Shown piece after piece: positions 47,140-57,185 of a stretch of 64,000 bases of DNA (position 1 is its first letter; each line of letters starts with the position of its first letter). Under the pieces are notes generated by a model. It was not told the origin of the DNA. It ran no database searches and saw nothing but the letters and a program-made list of their open reading frames with translations. The stretch spans positions 20,127 to 84,126 of the forward strand of contig CASDOQ010000025.1 in NCBI GenBank assembly GCA_949282345.1. Direction: 5' to 3'. Position numbers and translations under genes: made by a program. Source of the stretch: an uncultured bacterium (GTDB lineage: Bacteria; Bacillota; Clostridia; Oscillospirales; CAG-272).

Positions 47140-48228
47140 ATGAAACTCATGTTTGGCGCAGACCTTGTCCCCACTGAGATAACCAATCCGCTTTTTGTGG
47201 CGCAGGATTTCAAAACGCTCTTCAACGACGTTGCGGAATATACCCGGAAAGCCGACCGCCTTATCGTCAATCTTGAATGTGCGCTGACAAAATCCGAAAA
47301 CGCTATCAAAAAATGCGGCCCCAACCTGAAAGCCGATCCGCTGTGTGCCGATGCGCTGAAGGCCTTCGGTGTGACCGACGTTATGCTGTCCAATAACCAC
47401 GTATTCGACTTCGGGCTGGAAGGACTCCGCGATACCGAAGCCAATCTCCGCCGCGTCGGTCTTCCCTACACCGGCGTCGGAGAAAACGACACCGATTCCC
47501 GCAAGATCTACTATTTCACCGAAGGCGGAAAAAAATTTGCCATCGTCAACGTCTGTGAGCATGAATATTCCTACGCCCTGCCGGATCGTCCCGGTTGCAA
47601 CCCCTACGATCCCTATCTGACGATGCACGACATCCGGGAAGCGAAAAAGAATGCCGAGATCGTCATCGTGATCTATCACGGCGGAAAGGAATATTGCCGC
47701 TATCCTTCTCCCCGTCTCCGGCTGCTCTGCCACGAGATGGCGGAATGCGGCGCCGACGTGGTTCTGACCCAGCACAGCCACTGCATCGGCTGCTACGAAG
47801 AATATGAAGGCACCCATATCCTGTACGGTCAGGGCAACTTCAATTTCGTTACTCCGAGCAGCAACGAGGGGTGGTATACCAGCCTGCTGGTAGAACTGGA
47901 TATCGACGAAAAGATCGACATCAAGTTCTATCCCATGGTGATGCTGGAAAGCGGCGTGGATATCGCCAAGGGCGAAAAGGCAAAAGAGATCATGGACGCC
48001 TTTGCAGAACGCAACGAAGAACTGAAAAACGGCAAATGGATCGACGGCTGGCGTGCATTCTGCAATGCGCCGAGCATGGTGTACTATAAAAACTGCCTGA
48101 AGAGCCTCTTTCAGGAAAACTCCTCGGAGCGGCAGAACGAAGTCTTCGCCCACTATCTCGACTGCGAAGCGCACACCGACGTGTGGCGTGAACTCTTTCC
48201 CACCTGGAACTGGACGAACGAAAAATAA
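47140..48228 (+). CDS. CapA-family (PGA-capsule-synthesis-type metallophosphoesterase-fold) protein
   Basis: 362 aa from the ATG at 47140 (GAAAGGAG Shine-Dalgarno). Has NLECALT, SNNHVFDFG, and YHGGKEY...TQHSHC motifs. Confidence 0.75.
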   Translation: MKLMFGADLVPTEITNPLFVAQDFKTLFNDVAEYTRKADRLIVNLECALTKSENAIKKCGPNLKADPLCADALKAFGVTDVMLSNNHVFDFGLEGLRDTEANLRRVGLPYTGVGENDTDSRKIYYFTEGGKKFAIVNVCEHEYSYALPDRPGCNPYDPYLTMHDIREAKKNAEIVIVIYHGGKEYCRYPSPRLRLLCHEMAECGADVVLTQHSHCIGCYEEYEGTHILYGQGNFNFVTPSSNEGWYTSLLVELDIDEKIDIKFYPMVMLESGVDIAKGEKAKEIMDAFAERNEELKNGKWIDGWRAFCNAPSMVYYKNCLKSLFQENSSERQNEVFAHYLDCEAHTDVWRELFPTWNWTNEK

Positions 48229-48256
48229 TTCGACCCGATCCTTTACACGGTCAACC

Positions 48257-48300
48257 AAAAAGCCGGGAGACTCCGAACGCGCCCCCCGGCTTTTCTTTTT
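48257..48300. terminator. bidirectional terminator-like hairpin
   Basis: A-run, AGCCGGG, 17-nt loop, CCCGGCT, T-run, between convergent genes. The loop is rather large. Confidence 0.5.
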
Positions 48301-48306
48301 GAATCG

Positions 48307-49260
48307 TCAGAAAGTTATCGCGTTTGCCTGACGGACTTTTTCCAGCAGGGAGAGCACGTCAAGCGTGCGCCGGGTATGCGGGGCGACGCTCTCTTCTTGC
48401 CGTATCATACGGGCAAAGGCCTCGATCTCATATACCATATTGTTCTCGGCGAACGAAAGAAGGATCTCCTCGCGCCGACCGCTACGCGGGCAATAGGTCA
48501 GCCGGCGGGTCGTGACCATATGATCGAAGAGCAGGCTCCCCTCCTCGCCTTGCAGAGCGGAGGGTGTCGCCGAGTCAAAGATCTTGGAATACCGAAGCGT
48601 GGCAAGCATCCCGGGATAGCGGAGCGTGGCCTCCCCCTCCCCTTCCATCCCGTTCGGGAGGAATACCGAAGAGGAGGTAAAGGACTCCGGCATTCCGAAA
48701 AGCAAATGCGCTACCGAAAAGCAATACACACCTATATCCATCAGGGCGGCATTGCCGAGCGAAGGGTCAAAGGCGTTCATGACCTCTCCGCGCCGGAAAG
48801 CGTCGTAGCGCGAAGAATACTGGCAGTAATCGAGATGCGCGGCGCGCATTCTCCCGAGGGCGGGGAGATACTGCCGGATCTCTTTGATGGCAGGGTCAAA
48901 CGCCGGGCGCATCGCTTCCAGAAGCACCAGTCCGCGCTCCCCGGCCAATGCGGAAAGAGAGGCAAAGCCGGCAGAAGTCAGCGTGGCGGGCTTTTCGCAC
49001 AGGACGTGATGCCCGGCGCGAAGAGCGGCTTCGGCCCCCGCTTCATGACAGCGGTTCGGTGTAGCGATATAAACGGCGTCGACCTCTGCAGTCAGAAATT
49101 CCTGCAGGGAGGTATAGGCTCGGCCGCCGTACCGGGAGCAGAAGCACTGCCCGCGCTCTTCGCTACGCGAAAGCACGGCCGTTACCGTCCCGCCGCACAG
49201 GCTGAGAGCGTCGGCAAATTTTCCGCTGATGTTATTGGTCCCGATCACACCGAAGCGCAT
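48307..49260 (-). CDS. Gfo/Idh/MocA-family oxidoreductase
   Basis: 317 aa from the ATG at 49260 (GGAGAAGGGGGA Shine-Dalgarno). N-terminal Rossmann motif MRFGVIGTNNISGKF. The 113-aa Arg-rich ORF-track extension was rejected. Confidence 0.8.
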   Translation of the reverse strand: MRFGVIGTNNISGKFADALSLCGGTVTAVLSRSEERGQCFCSRYGGRAYTSLQEFLTAEVDAVYIATPNRCHEAGAEAALRAGHHVLCEKPATLTSAGFASLSALAGERGLVLLEAMRPAFDPAIKEIRQYLPALGRMRAAHLDYCQYSSRYDAFRRGEVMNAFDPSLGNAALMDIGVYCFSVAHLLFGMPESFTSSSVFLPNGMEGEGEATLRYPGMLATLRYSKIFDSATPSALQGEEGSLLFDHMVTTRRLTYCPRSGRREEILLSFAENNMVYEIEAFARMIRQEESVAPHTRRTLDVLSLLEKVRQANAITF

Positions 49261-50453
49261 GGTCTTTCCCCCTTCTCCTTCATCAGCCTGCCGGCATATC
49301 CGAGCAAGGCTTCTTTTTCGTTTGGAATCTCCTCCGCCATAACGGCAGTAAGGCATTCGGAAAGCAGCGCGCCGAGGCAGGGTCCGGGCGGAATGCCGTG
49401 CGCGGTAAGATCGCGCCCGGTTACGGCAAGGCCTCGGAGCGTATAGGGGATCGGGGACAAAAGAGCCGTGCGGAGCAACCCCTCCGCACCTTTCCCGTCT
49501 TTCTCTCCCGACGCCGATAAAAAGGCGATGTAATCCGCGGCTCCCGCCTCCCCTGCGGCGGAAAGTAACCGGCGCATGGCAAAGAGCGTGCGGGGGCATG
49601 CCTCCCCCTGCAGGGAAAAGAGGAGAAGGAGGGCGCGTCGGGTCTTACGATCAAGGCGCAGGCGATCAGCCGCGGATCCTCCAGCACCGGGGCCTGAACG
49701 GTACAGAAGCCCGAAGAGCCGCAAAGGGACCGAAGCGGGAAGCGCGGAATAGAAGACTGGCAGTTCCGCACCGGGAAGCACGGTTTCGATCACTGCGGAA
49801 AAATCGGCAATGACCCTGGAAGCCCCGGCACCGCAGATCAGTTTGCAGAGTTCCTCGCGGATCCGCTCGGCGGAAACAGCAGAGAGCGTTCCTGCGGCGG
49901 CGCAGACGGCCGCGGCCGTTGCATCCCCCACGCGGAAGTCAAGGCCCGAAGAAAAGCGACCGGCACGCAAAATCCGCAAGGCATCCTCCGAAAAACGCAG
50001 GGCGGGATCTCCAACCGCCCGGATGATCCCGGCACGCAGATCCTCCCGACCGCCGAACGGGTCAATGAGTCCTTCGTCGGGATGGTAGGCCATGGCGTTC
50101 ACGGTAAAATCCCGTCGGGCGAGATCTTCCCGCAGATCCCGGGTAAAGGAGACCGAATCGGGGCGGCGATGATCGGTATAGCACCCGTCCACGCGATACG
50201 TGGTGATCTCGAGCGGCATTCCCCCGATCAGAACGGTCAGCGTCCCGTGGGACAACCCCGTCTCTACCGTGCGGCAGCAGGAAAAAACGCTCTTCATTTC
50301 CGCAGGCGTTGCGGCCGTGGTGATATCAAAATCGTGCGGCGTACACCCGCGGAGGAAATCCCGCACGCATCCGCCGACAAGGTAGGCGGGATATCCGGCC
50401 GTGCGCAAAAGATCGAGTGCCGCAAGGACTGGCGGCGGAAGCGGAAAGTTCAT
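49245..50453 (-). CDS. cca: CCA-adding tRNA nucleotidyltransferase
   Basis: 402 aa with the head-domain motif GGCVRDFLRG..PHDFDITT, and RDFTVNAMA. Confidence 0.88.
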   Translation of the reverse strand: MNFPLPPPVLAALDLLRTAGYPAYLVGGCVRDFLRGCTPHDFDITTAATPAEMKSVFSCCRTVETGLSHGTLTVLIGGMPLEITTYRVDGCYTDHRRPDSVSFTRDLREDLARRDFTVNAMAYHPDEGLIDPFGGREDLRAGIIRAVGDPALRFSEDALRILRAGRFSSGLDFRVGDATAAAVCAAAGTLSAVSAERIREELCKLICGAGASRVIADFSAVIETVLPGAELPVFYSALPASVPLRLFGLLYRSGPGAGGSAADRLRLDRKTRRALLLLFSLQGEACPRTLFAMRRLLSAAGEAGAADYIAFLSASGEKDGKGAEGLLRTALLSPIPYTLRGLAVTGRDLTAHGIPPGPCLGALLSECLTAVMAEEIPNEKEALLGYAGRLMKEKGERPCASV

Positions 50454-50968
50454 CGCGCACCTCCCGCGGCGATCATTTTACGCCTTTCCCGGTAATCGGG
50501 CATATATTTTTCCACGATCGCATAAAACCGGGAAGAATGGTTCATTTCCAGAAGATGCGCCAGCTCATGTACCACCACGTATTCAATCACCGCATCGGGG
50601 TAGGCCATCAGCCGATAGGAATAACAGATATGTTTCTTGGAGTTACAGCTCCCCAGCCGGTAACGCGCCCCCGTCACCCGAACGGCTTCGTAGGAAAGGC
50701 CCATGCGCCCCGCCCAGATCTCGGTCAGGGCGGGCAAACGCGCTTCGGCCAGCGCACGCAGGCGCCGTTCGGTCTCGGGATCCTCCGGAAGCGGTCGACG
50801 CGAAAGAATCTTTTCACGATGGCGGTCGATCCACGCCGCCTTTTCAGAAACGAACGAGGCGATCCTGTCTTCCGAAAAACCGAAGGGGGCGCGGACGAGG
50901 GTCTGCCCGTCTCTCGTAATCTCCAGAGACAGGGTGCGCCTATCTGAATAGCGTACCGTATACTCCAT
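50450..50968 (-). CDS. YgjP-like (DUF45/M48-type) zinc metallopeptidase
   Basis: 172 aa from the ATG at 50968. Has HELAHLLEMNHS (HExxH). Overlaps the cca start by 4 nt. Confidence 0.75.
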   Translation of the reverse strand: MEYTVRYSDRRTLSLEITRDGQTLVRAPFGFSEDRIASFVSEKAAWIDRHREKILSRRPLPEDPETERRLRALAEARLPALTEIWAGRMGLSYEAVRVTGARYRLGSCNSKKHICYSYRLMAYPDAVIEYVVVHELAHLLEMNHSSRFYAIVEKYMPDYRERRKMIAAGGAR

Positions 50969-51113
50969 CTTTCCCCTCCACGCTCGACCGTATTTCACTT
51001 CAATTATACATGAGTTCCGAAAAATTGCAACGCCCGGAAGAAAGAAATTGCATTTTTCAAGAAAGAAATCAAATTGTCTGAGGTTATCGTTTCAAAAAGA
51101 GTGAGGCAGATAT

Positions 51114-53723
51114 TCAGGGAGAGAGAAATGTGTCGGGGCTCTGCTGACCGCTTTCGCCTTCGGGCAGTTCGGTGCCGTTCGGAAAATTTTCTGCTTTGGG
51201 CAGCTCCCCATCCTCGGGTTTTTCCCCCTCTTCGTCCCCGGTATCGCTACCGGGAAACAGGGAGAAAGGATCCTCTTCCGCCGGAGGCGTATAGGCGGCA
51301 TTGAACTGTACCCCGTCCGGCGTATCGCTGATGCCGATATACATCCCGCCCGGGATCGCCCCGATAAAATACGGCTCGTTCCTATTCCCTCCGGGGGCGG
51401 CCCCCTCAAGTGGGCGGTAGACGTACTGGGCATCCCGGATCTTCACCTGCGTGGGAAAAAGGCGATCGGTCACACGGATAAGCCCCGCTTTGCGGAGCGA
51501 ATCGAGGTGAAGAGAGGACGGATCACAAAAATATTCGCCATCCGCGGCAACGATCCCGCCGGTCTCGGAATCGTATAAGACCGGCACGTGGCAGGTACAG
51601 GCCGCCGTCGGCATCGTGGCGGCGGTAAACCAGCCGAGCGAGGCCCGGCTCCCGCGCGGATCGCACAGGCAGGCCTCGGAAAGCAACCCGCCCCCGTCCC
51701 GGCAATAGCGGCAGGAGTAGACCCCCTCGGCGACCTGAAAAGACGTTATCCTGTCTTCCCGCGCGGCGAATCCGCGGTGCAGTCCCCGCATCACGGTATT
51801 GAATACGGCAAGTTGCGGCTTTCCGGCAACACCGGTTTTCCCGTCTTCGGAACCGCACCAAATCCCGCACAAGTAATACGGCGAATACCCGACGAACCAT
51901 TTATCGCGGTTTTTCGAGGTCGTTCCCGTCTTCCCGGCAACCGGAATATTTCCCGGCAGATGCACGCCGATCGCCGTCCCCTCCGTCACCGTGCCCTCCA
52001 GCATCTTGGTCATAATACTGGCCGTCTGCGCCGAGAACGCGTGCGTTTTTTCGGGTTCATTTGTAAGCAAAACTTTGCCTTTTCCGTCATATACCGCCAA
52101 ATAGGAACGTCCTTTCAGGCGGTTCCCGTCGCCCGACAGTGCCGTATATGCCGTGCAAAGTTCCCGGACGCTGACCCCGTGCGTGAGCTGTCCGAGTGCC
52201 AGCGGCGCCTCGCCGAGATCGCTCAGCCTGTTGCCGGCCGCATCGGTCTCCTTTCGGACAAGGGTGCTCAATCCGAGCGCGTGGGTGAGGGTCGCATAGG
52301 AGTTTTCCGCCCCCAGCCGGCGAAGCACCTGCACGGCAACGGTATTTTTAGAAGTTGCTATAGCCGTTGCAACGTCGCAGAGGCCGTTGTAGATCGCCGG
52401 AGAATTCCGGGGCCATACACGCGGCGTTTCCGCCGTCCCGAAGGAAAGCGGCACGTCATCGATCACGCTGGCCCAACTGATGATCCCCCGGTCAAGCGCG
52501 GGAGCATAGACCGAAAGCGGCTTGAGGGCAGAACCGGGTGCGTGCGGGATCGTCGCCTGATTCAGAAGCAGATTTCCAGTCTTTTTTCCCGCCCCACCGA
52601 CAATGGCAAGCAGATCGCCGCTTAGAGGGTCGATGACCGCCCCTGCGTACCCGATCCCCGTCTTTGGGGTGAGATCTTCAAACGCCTGTTCCAGCGTCCT
52701 CTGAACGTCGGGGTCAGCCAGCGTATAGATCTCCAGACCGCCGTTATAGACCGTGCGCCATGCGGCCGCGCGGGAATACCCGAGTTTTTCGCACAGGTCG
52801 TCCACTACGTCGGCCAGCACCGTTTCGGTATACCAGGAAAGGACCGGCTCCTTTTCTTTCTTCTCCCCGGCCGTCAGCCGAAGCGTCTCCCCGGCGGCCT
52901 CTTCCTTTTCCTCCGCGGTGATCATTCCGTATCGATACATTTCCCCGAGGATCGCCAGGGAACGTTGCCGGTTGTTTTCGGGATTTTTTACGGGATCGTA
53001 CCGGGCGGGAGCCTTGATGATGGCGCAGAGCGCCACGCATTCCCGTAACGTCAGTTCTGAAGGCTTTTTCCCGAAATACATTTCCGCCCCGGAAGAAACG
53101 CCGACGGTGTTTTCCCCCATCGGGACGATATTGAGATAGAGTTCCAGTATCTCCTCCTTGGAGTACCGCTGCTCAAGCGCAACGGCCCGATACGCCTCCT
53201 TCACCTTTCTCCATGCCGAGATCTCATTTTCGCCACTGATATTTTTGACGAGCTGCTGTGTGATCCCCGAACCGCCGAAACGGCTGTCGAAGTGAAAGAC
53301 CGCATTCAGCAATGCCTTTCCGGTTCTCAGCCAATCCACGCCGTCATGCTCGTAAAAACGGTGATCCTCCGCCGCAATAAAGGCGTTTTTCAGGTCTTCC
53401 GGCATTGCGGAAAGCGGGCAGTAAAGGCCGCGTTCCGCTCCGCTCACCCGCTGGCCTTCCCATTCCTTTGCGACATAGACCTCCCCGCCCCTGTCTGCAT
53501 TGTAATAAAGACGCGTGGTGCGGGAGGAACGGCAGGCGTCAAAGAGTGCCGCATCGGCCTCGGTATCAACGGTTGCGTGCAGATACAGCACCGTGCCTGC
53601 AACGGCAAGGACGGCACTCACGGTCACGCCGAGAAAGACGAACAGGACGGCACGCAGAAAACGCCTTCCGGGCGTTCTCTTGATTTTCTGTGCTTTTTTC
53701 GTTATTTTTTTGCGGTTTTTCAT
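51114..53723 (-). CDS. class A penicillin-binding protein (GT51 glycosyltransferase plus transpeptidase), acidic C-terminal tail
   Basis: About 869 aa from the ATG at 53723. Has EDHRFYEHDGVD and GGSGITQQLVKN (GT51), SALKP and KTGTT (transpeptidase), and an N-terminal basic segment plus TM helix. Confidence 0.92.
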   Translation of the reverse strand: MKNRKKITKKAQKIKRTPGRRFLRAVLFVFLGVTVSAVLAVAGTVLYLHATVDTEADAALFDACRSSRTTRLYYNADRGGEVYVAKEWEGQRVSGAERGLYCPLSAMPEDLKNAFIAAEDHRFYEHDGVDWLRTGKALLNAVFHFDSRFGGSGITQQLVKNISGENEISAWRKVKEAYRAVALEQRYSKEEILELYLNIVPMGENTVGVSSGAEMYFGKKPSELTLRECVALCAIIKAPARYDPVKNPENNRQRSLAILGEMYRYGMITAEEKEEAAGETLRLTAGEKKEKEPVLSWYTETVLADVVDDLCEKLGYSRAAAWRTVYNGGLEIYTLADPDVQRTLEQAFEDLTPKTGIGYAGAVIDPLSGDLLAIVGGAGKKTGNLLLNQATIPHAPGSALKPLSVYAPALDRGIISWASVIDDVPLSFGTAETPRVWPRNSPAIYNGLCDVATAIATSKNTVAVQVLRRLGAENSYATLTHALGLSTLVRKETDAAGNRLSDLGEAPLALGQLTHGVSVRELCTAYTALSGDGNRLKGRSYLAVYDGKGKVLLTNEPEKTHAFSAQTASIMTKMLEGTVTEGTAIGVHLPGNIPVAGKTGTTSKNRDKWFVGYSPYYLCGIWCGSEDGKTGVAGKPQLAVFNTVMRGLHRGFAAREDRITSFQVAEGVYSCRYCRDGGGLLSEACLCDPRGSRASLGWFTAATMPTAACTCHVPVLYDSETGGIVAADGEYFCDPSSLHLDSLRKAGLIRVTDRLFPTQVKIRDAQYVYRPLEGAAPGGNRNEPYFIGAIPGGMYIGISDTPDGVQFNAAYTPPAEEDPFSLFPGSDTGDEEGEKPEDGELPKAENFPNGTELPEGESGQQSPDTFLSP

Positions 53724-53725
53724 AT

Positions 53726-53751
53726 AAAAAAGCCGCGCCCTGCGGCGCGGC
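53726..53751 (-). terminator. intrinsic terminator after truA, abutting the PBP1A start codon
   Basis: Minus strand GCCGCGCC-GCAG-GGCGCGGC followed by U6, then AU and AUG. A second 9-bp hairpin (GCGCAUACU/AGUAUGCGC) lies at 53759-53782. Confidence 0.65.
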
Positions 53752-53794
53752 ATACCTCGCGCATACTGACAGTAGTATGCGCACAGCCTGCTTT

Positions 53795-54580
53795 TTAATC
53801 CCCGAAGATCTGTTTTTGAAACGGGGCGCAATATTCAATATCATGCAAATAAAGACCGTCCGGCGGTGCGGTCATGCCGGCATCCTGCCGACGACCCGAA
53901 CGTAAAGCCTCCGGAATCGATTCCGGCTCGCGTGCGCCGTGCCCGATCTCGTACAGTGTCCCCGTCACAATACGCACCATGTTATACAGAAAGCCGTCTC
54001 CGCGGACCGCAAGTGTCACCTCCTGCCCGGTGCGGAACAACGTCAGAAAAAAGATCTCCCGCACGGTATCCTCGACAGAAGAAGCGGTGCACATGAAGGC
54101 GGAAAAATCGTGCCGGCCGAGAAAAAGCGACGCGGCCTCCTGCATTCGGCGAAAGGATTCCTCGCGGAGCAGATAGGGTACCTGCCAAACACGCCCCCGC
54201 AGAAAGGGGTCGGGCAGACCGCCGAAGCGGATCCGATAGCGGTATTCTTTCCAGCGTGCGTCGTGCCGGGGGTGAAAGTTCTCCGGCGCGGCGGCGGCAA
54301 AAAAGAGAGACAGATCGGGGGGAAGAAACGGGAGCAGGGCGGCAGGAAGCGCCGACGGAGGGATCCGACGGGCATCGGCCGCTTCGGGCTCTATCGTCAG
54401 GCAGAATCGCTCCGCATGCACCCCGCTGTCGGTACGGCTGCATCCCGTCACGCGGCAGGGACAGCCGAAAAGCGCACGGCAGGCTTTGTCCAGTTCTCCC
54501 TGCACGGTCCGGCGTTCTTTCTGCACCTGAAAACCGAAAAAATCGGTGCCGACATATCGGATAAGCGCAACGTACTTCAT
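53795..54580 (-). CDS. truA: tRNA pseudouridine(38-40) synthase TruA
   Basis: 261 aa from the ATG at 54580 (GAGGTG Shine-Dalgarno) with YVGTDFFGFQ and RTDSGVHA. Confidence 0.92.
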   Translation of the reverse strand: MKYVALIRYVGTDFFGFQVQKERRTVQGELDKACRALFGCPCRVTGCSRTDSGVHAERFCLTIEPEAADARRIPPSALPAALLPFLPPDLSLFFAAAAPENFHPRHDARWKEYRYRIRFGGLPDPFLRGRVWQVPYLLREESFRRMQEAASLFLGRHDFSAFMCTASSVEDTVREIFFLTLFRTGQEVTLAVRGDGFLYNMVRIVTGTLYEIGHGAREPESIPEALRSGRRQDAGMTAPPDGLYLHDIEYCAPFQKQIFGD

Positions 54581-54587
54581 AGACACC

Positions 54588-55430
54588 TCACAAAGAAATG
54601 CCGGTCGGGAGCCATGTGTTCAGGAGAAACACGGAAGCAAGGATCGCCCCGCAGAGAAAGAGAAAGAGGAGATCCCACACCCGGAGACGAAAAACCCGGA
54701 GTTTTGTGCGCCCTGCTCCCCCACGGTAACAGCGGCATTCCATGGCGGTGGCGAGTTCCCCGGCCCGGCGGAAGGAAGAGGCAAAGAGAGGAATCAGGAT
54801 TGGAATCAGCGCCCGCGCACGGCGGATCAGCGAGCCACTTGAAAAATCCGCACCGCGTGCCTTCTGCGCGCTCATGATTTTATCGGTCTCCTCTGCCAGC
54901 GTGGGAATAAAGCGAAGCGCGATCGTCATCATCATAGCAAAATCGTACACCGGAACGCGGAGGATCGTCAGCGGCGAAAGAACCGAGGCCAACGCATCGG
55001 TCAGAGACGTCGGGGTCGTCGTATAGGTCAGGAACAGGCAGGTGCTGACGACAAGAAGCACGATCCGTAAAGAAAACAGTACAGCGCGAGCGATTCCCTC
55101 CGGATATATCTCCAGATCAAAAAGCGAGAAAACCGAAAGTGAGAAATAGGGTTCTCCCGCCCCTTTGGTCGTAAAGAGCACCAAAATGCCCATGATTAGC
55201 AAAACCGCAACGACCGGGCGGATCGCCCGCAGGATTACCCGGAAGGAAATCCCGCTCAGAAAGACGAGAAGGGCGGTAAGAAGAGTCAGAAGCCCGAAAG
55301 CGTAGAGACTGCGCGCGGAAAAATAAGCAACCAAAGAAAGGATGGTCGCCCCGATCTTCACGCGCGGATCCAATCGGTATAAGAAGGAGTCCCCGGGCAG
55401 GTACTGACCGAGCGTAATATCTTTCAGCAA
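54588..55430 (-). CDS. ecfT: ECF transporter transmembrane component EcfT
   Basis: 280 aa, polytopic, with the ARG-containing coupling helices (QKARGA). Follows the two EcfA genes. Confidence 0.9.
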   Translation of the reverse strand: MLKDITLGQYLPGDSFLYRLDPRVKIGATILSLVAYFSARSLYAFGLLTLLTALLVFLSGISFRVILRAIRPVVAVLLIMGILVLFTTKGAGEPYFSLSVFSLFDLEIYPEGIARAVLFSLRIVLLVVSTCLFLTYTTTPTSLTDALASVLSPLTILRVPVYDFAMMMTIALRFIPTLAEETDKIMSAQKARGADFSSGSLIRRARALIPILIPLFASSFRRAGELATAMECRCYRGGAGRTKLRVFRLRVWDLLFLFLCGAILASVFLLNTWLPTGISL

Positions 55431-56305
55431 GATGCTTCCCCCTTTCCAAGCAGGGAAAGGAGCGATCTTTCGACCCCCTCCACCGTGTAAAGCGTGCCAG
55501 AAAGCGGGACGCCGGCTGCGAGAAGTTCTGCCGACAGCCGCGAAATTTCCGGGATGTCAAGACCCGCCGCAAGAAGTTCCGAAGTGCGCGAAAAAACCTC
55601 CGCTGTCGTTCCGTTCAGCAAGACGCGGGCGTGATCCATCACGACGATATGATCGCAGTAAAGCGCCATATCTTCCATACTATGGCTGACGAGGATCACG
55701 GTCGTGCCGCTCTCTCGGCCGTATCGGTGCAACCCCGAAAGGATCTGGCGGCGGCCGCGCGGATCAAGTCCGGCAGCCGGCTCATCCAGCACAAGTACCT
55801 CCGGGCGCATGGCGATGACCCCCGCCACGGCGGCCCGCCTTTTTTCTCCGCCCGAGAGATCAAAGGGCGACTTCTTCAAGAGTTCCTCCGGCAGGCCGGC
55901 AAACGCCGCCGCCTCCCGTACCCGTGCACCGATCTCCTCGGGTGGGAGTTTCATATTCCGCAACCCGAATCCGATGTCCTTCTCTACCGTCTCGTCGAAA
56001 AGCTGATATTCGGGATACTGCATGACCAGCCCGACGTGAAAACGCAGTGCCGTGATCTCCTTCGGCTTTTCCCATATGTCGCGTCCTTCGAAAAAGACCC
56101 GCCCAGAGTCGGGGCGCAAAAGCCCGTTGAGGAGCTGAACCAATGTGGATTTCCCGGAACCCGTATGTCCGATGACCCCGGTGATCTTTCCCTTTTGAAA
56201 TCCGACGCTCACATGATCCAGCGCGTCCGTACGTTGCGGAGTTCCCGCCCCGTACGCATAGGAAACGTCCGAGAGTCTCAAAATTTCATTCACAGTCTCA
56301 TTCAT
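55424..56305 (-). CDS. ecfA2: ECF transporter ATPase EcfA2
   Basis: 293 aa with Walker A GHTGSGKST, signature LSGGEKRR and Walker B VLVLDEP. Confidence 0.9.
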   Translation of the reverse strand: MNETVNEILRLSDVSYAYGAGTPQRTDALDHVSVGFQKGKITGVIGHTGSGKSTLVQLLNGLLRPDSGRVFFEGRDIWEKPKEITALRFHVGLVMQYPEYQLFDETVEKDIGFGLRNMKLPPEEIGARVREAAAFAGLPEELLKKSPFDLSGGEKRRAAVAGVIAMRPEVLVLDEPAAGLDPRGRRQILSGLHRYGRESGTTVILVSHSMEDMALYCDHIVVMDHARVLLNGTTAEVFSRTSELLAAGLDIPEISRLSAELLAAGVPLSGTLYTVEGVERSLLSLLGKGEASC

Positions 56306-57176
56306 GGCACACCTCCCGGTAAAGCGCGGCGATCAGTTCTGCCGCTTCGTGGGGATCGGTAACGCCGAGGGGCAGATCAAAGCCGGCGGCACGGAGACGG
56401 AACAGAAGTTCGGTCGCCTGCGGGACCTCCAACCCGATCTCTTTCAATTCATCGACCCGCGCGAAGACCTCGCGCGGCGGTCCGTCGATCAGCATACGGC
56501 CGTCGTTCATCACGATAATGCGGTTGGCGCGCGCGGCTTCCTCCATATAATGCGTGATATGCAGAACCGTGATCCCCTCGCGGTTCAGCGATTCCATCAC
56601 CGACAACACCTCCCGACGGCCGCGGGGGTCAAGCATGGCAGTCGATTCGTCAAAGATAATGCACGCCGGCTTCATGGCCAGCACGCCGGCAATAGCCACG
56701 CGCTGTTTCTGTCCCCCGGACAGGCTGTAGGGGGTGCGGCGCGCATATCCGCGCATATCCACGGCGTCCAATGCCCAGTCCACCCGCTCCCGGATCGCAT
56801 TGCTCGGCAAACCGAGATTCTCGGGGCCGAAGGCAACGTCCTCCTCCACAATCGAGGCAACGAGCTGGTTATCCGGGTTTTGAAAAACCATACCGACGCG
56901 CCGGCGGACGGAATAGACCTTCTCTTCCAGCTCGGCATCATCGGCGTCATCTTCCTGAAAAAATCTGATGCCATCCACCGTGATGCTCCCCCCAGTGGGC
57001 AGAAGGATCAGATTGAACAGTTTGGCCAGGGTGGATTTCCCTGAGCCGTTATGTCCCAGTATGGCAACATATTCACCTTTTTGTATAGTAAGGTTTACAT
57101 CTGAAACAGCGGGGATCCCGTTATTTTCATCCGGATAGACGAAGGTAAGGTGCTCCGCCCTCAAAAACTCACTCAT
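56298..57176 (-). CDS. ecfA1: ECF transporter ATPase EcfA1
   Basis: 292 aa with Walker A GHNGSGKST, signature LSGGQKQR and Walker B CIIFDES. Confidence 0.9.
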   Translation of the reverse strand: MSEFLRAEHLTFVYPDENNGIPAVSDVNLTIQKGEYVAILGHNGSGKSTLAKLFNLILLPTGGSITVDGIRFFQEDDADDAELEEKVYSVRRRVGMVFQNPDNQLVASIVEEDVAFGPENLGLPSNAIRERVDWALDAVDMRGYARRTPYSLSGGQKQRVAIAGVLAMKPACIIFDESTAMLDPRGRREVLSVMESLNREGITVLHITHYMEEAARANRIIVMNDGRMLIDGPPREVFARVDELKEIGLEVPQATELLFRLRAAGFDLPLGVTDPHEAAELIAALYREVCHE

Positions 57177-57185
57177 GTTCTCTCC

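Noticed and set aside
47005-48258. 417-aa minus-strand ORF antisense to the CapA-like gene
   Set aside because: The plus-strand product has CapA metallophosphoesterase-type motifs and a strong Shine-Dalgarno. The minus-strand product is featureless (V/F/G/D-rich).
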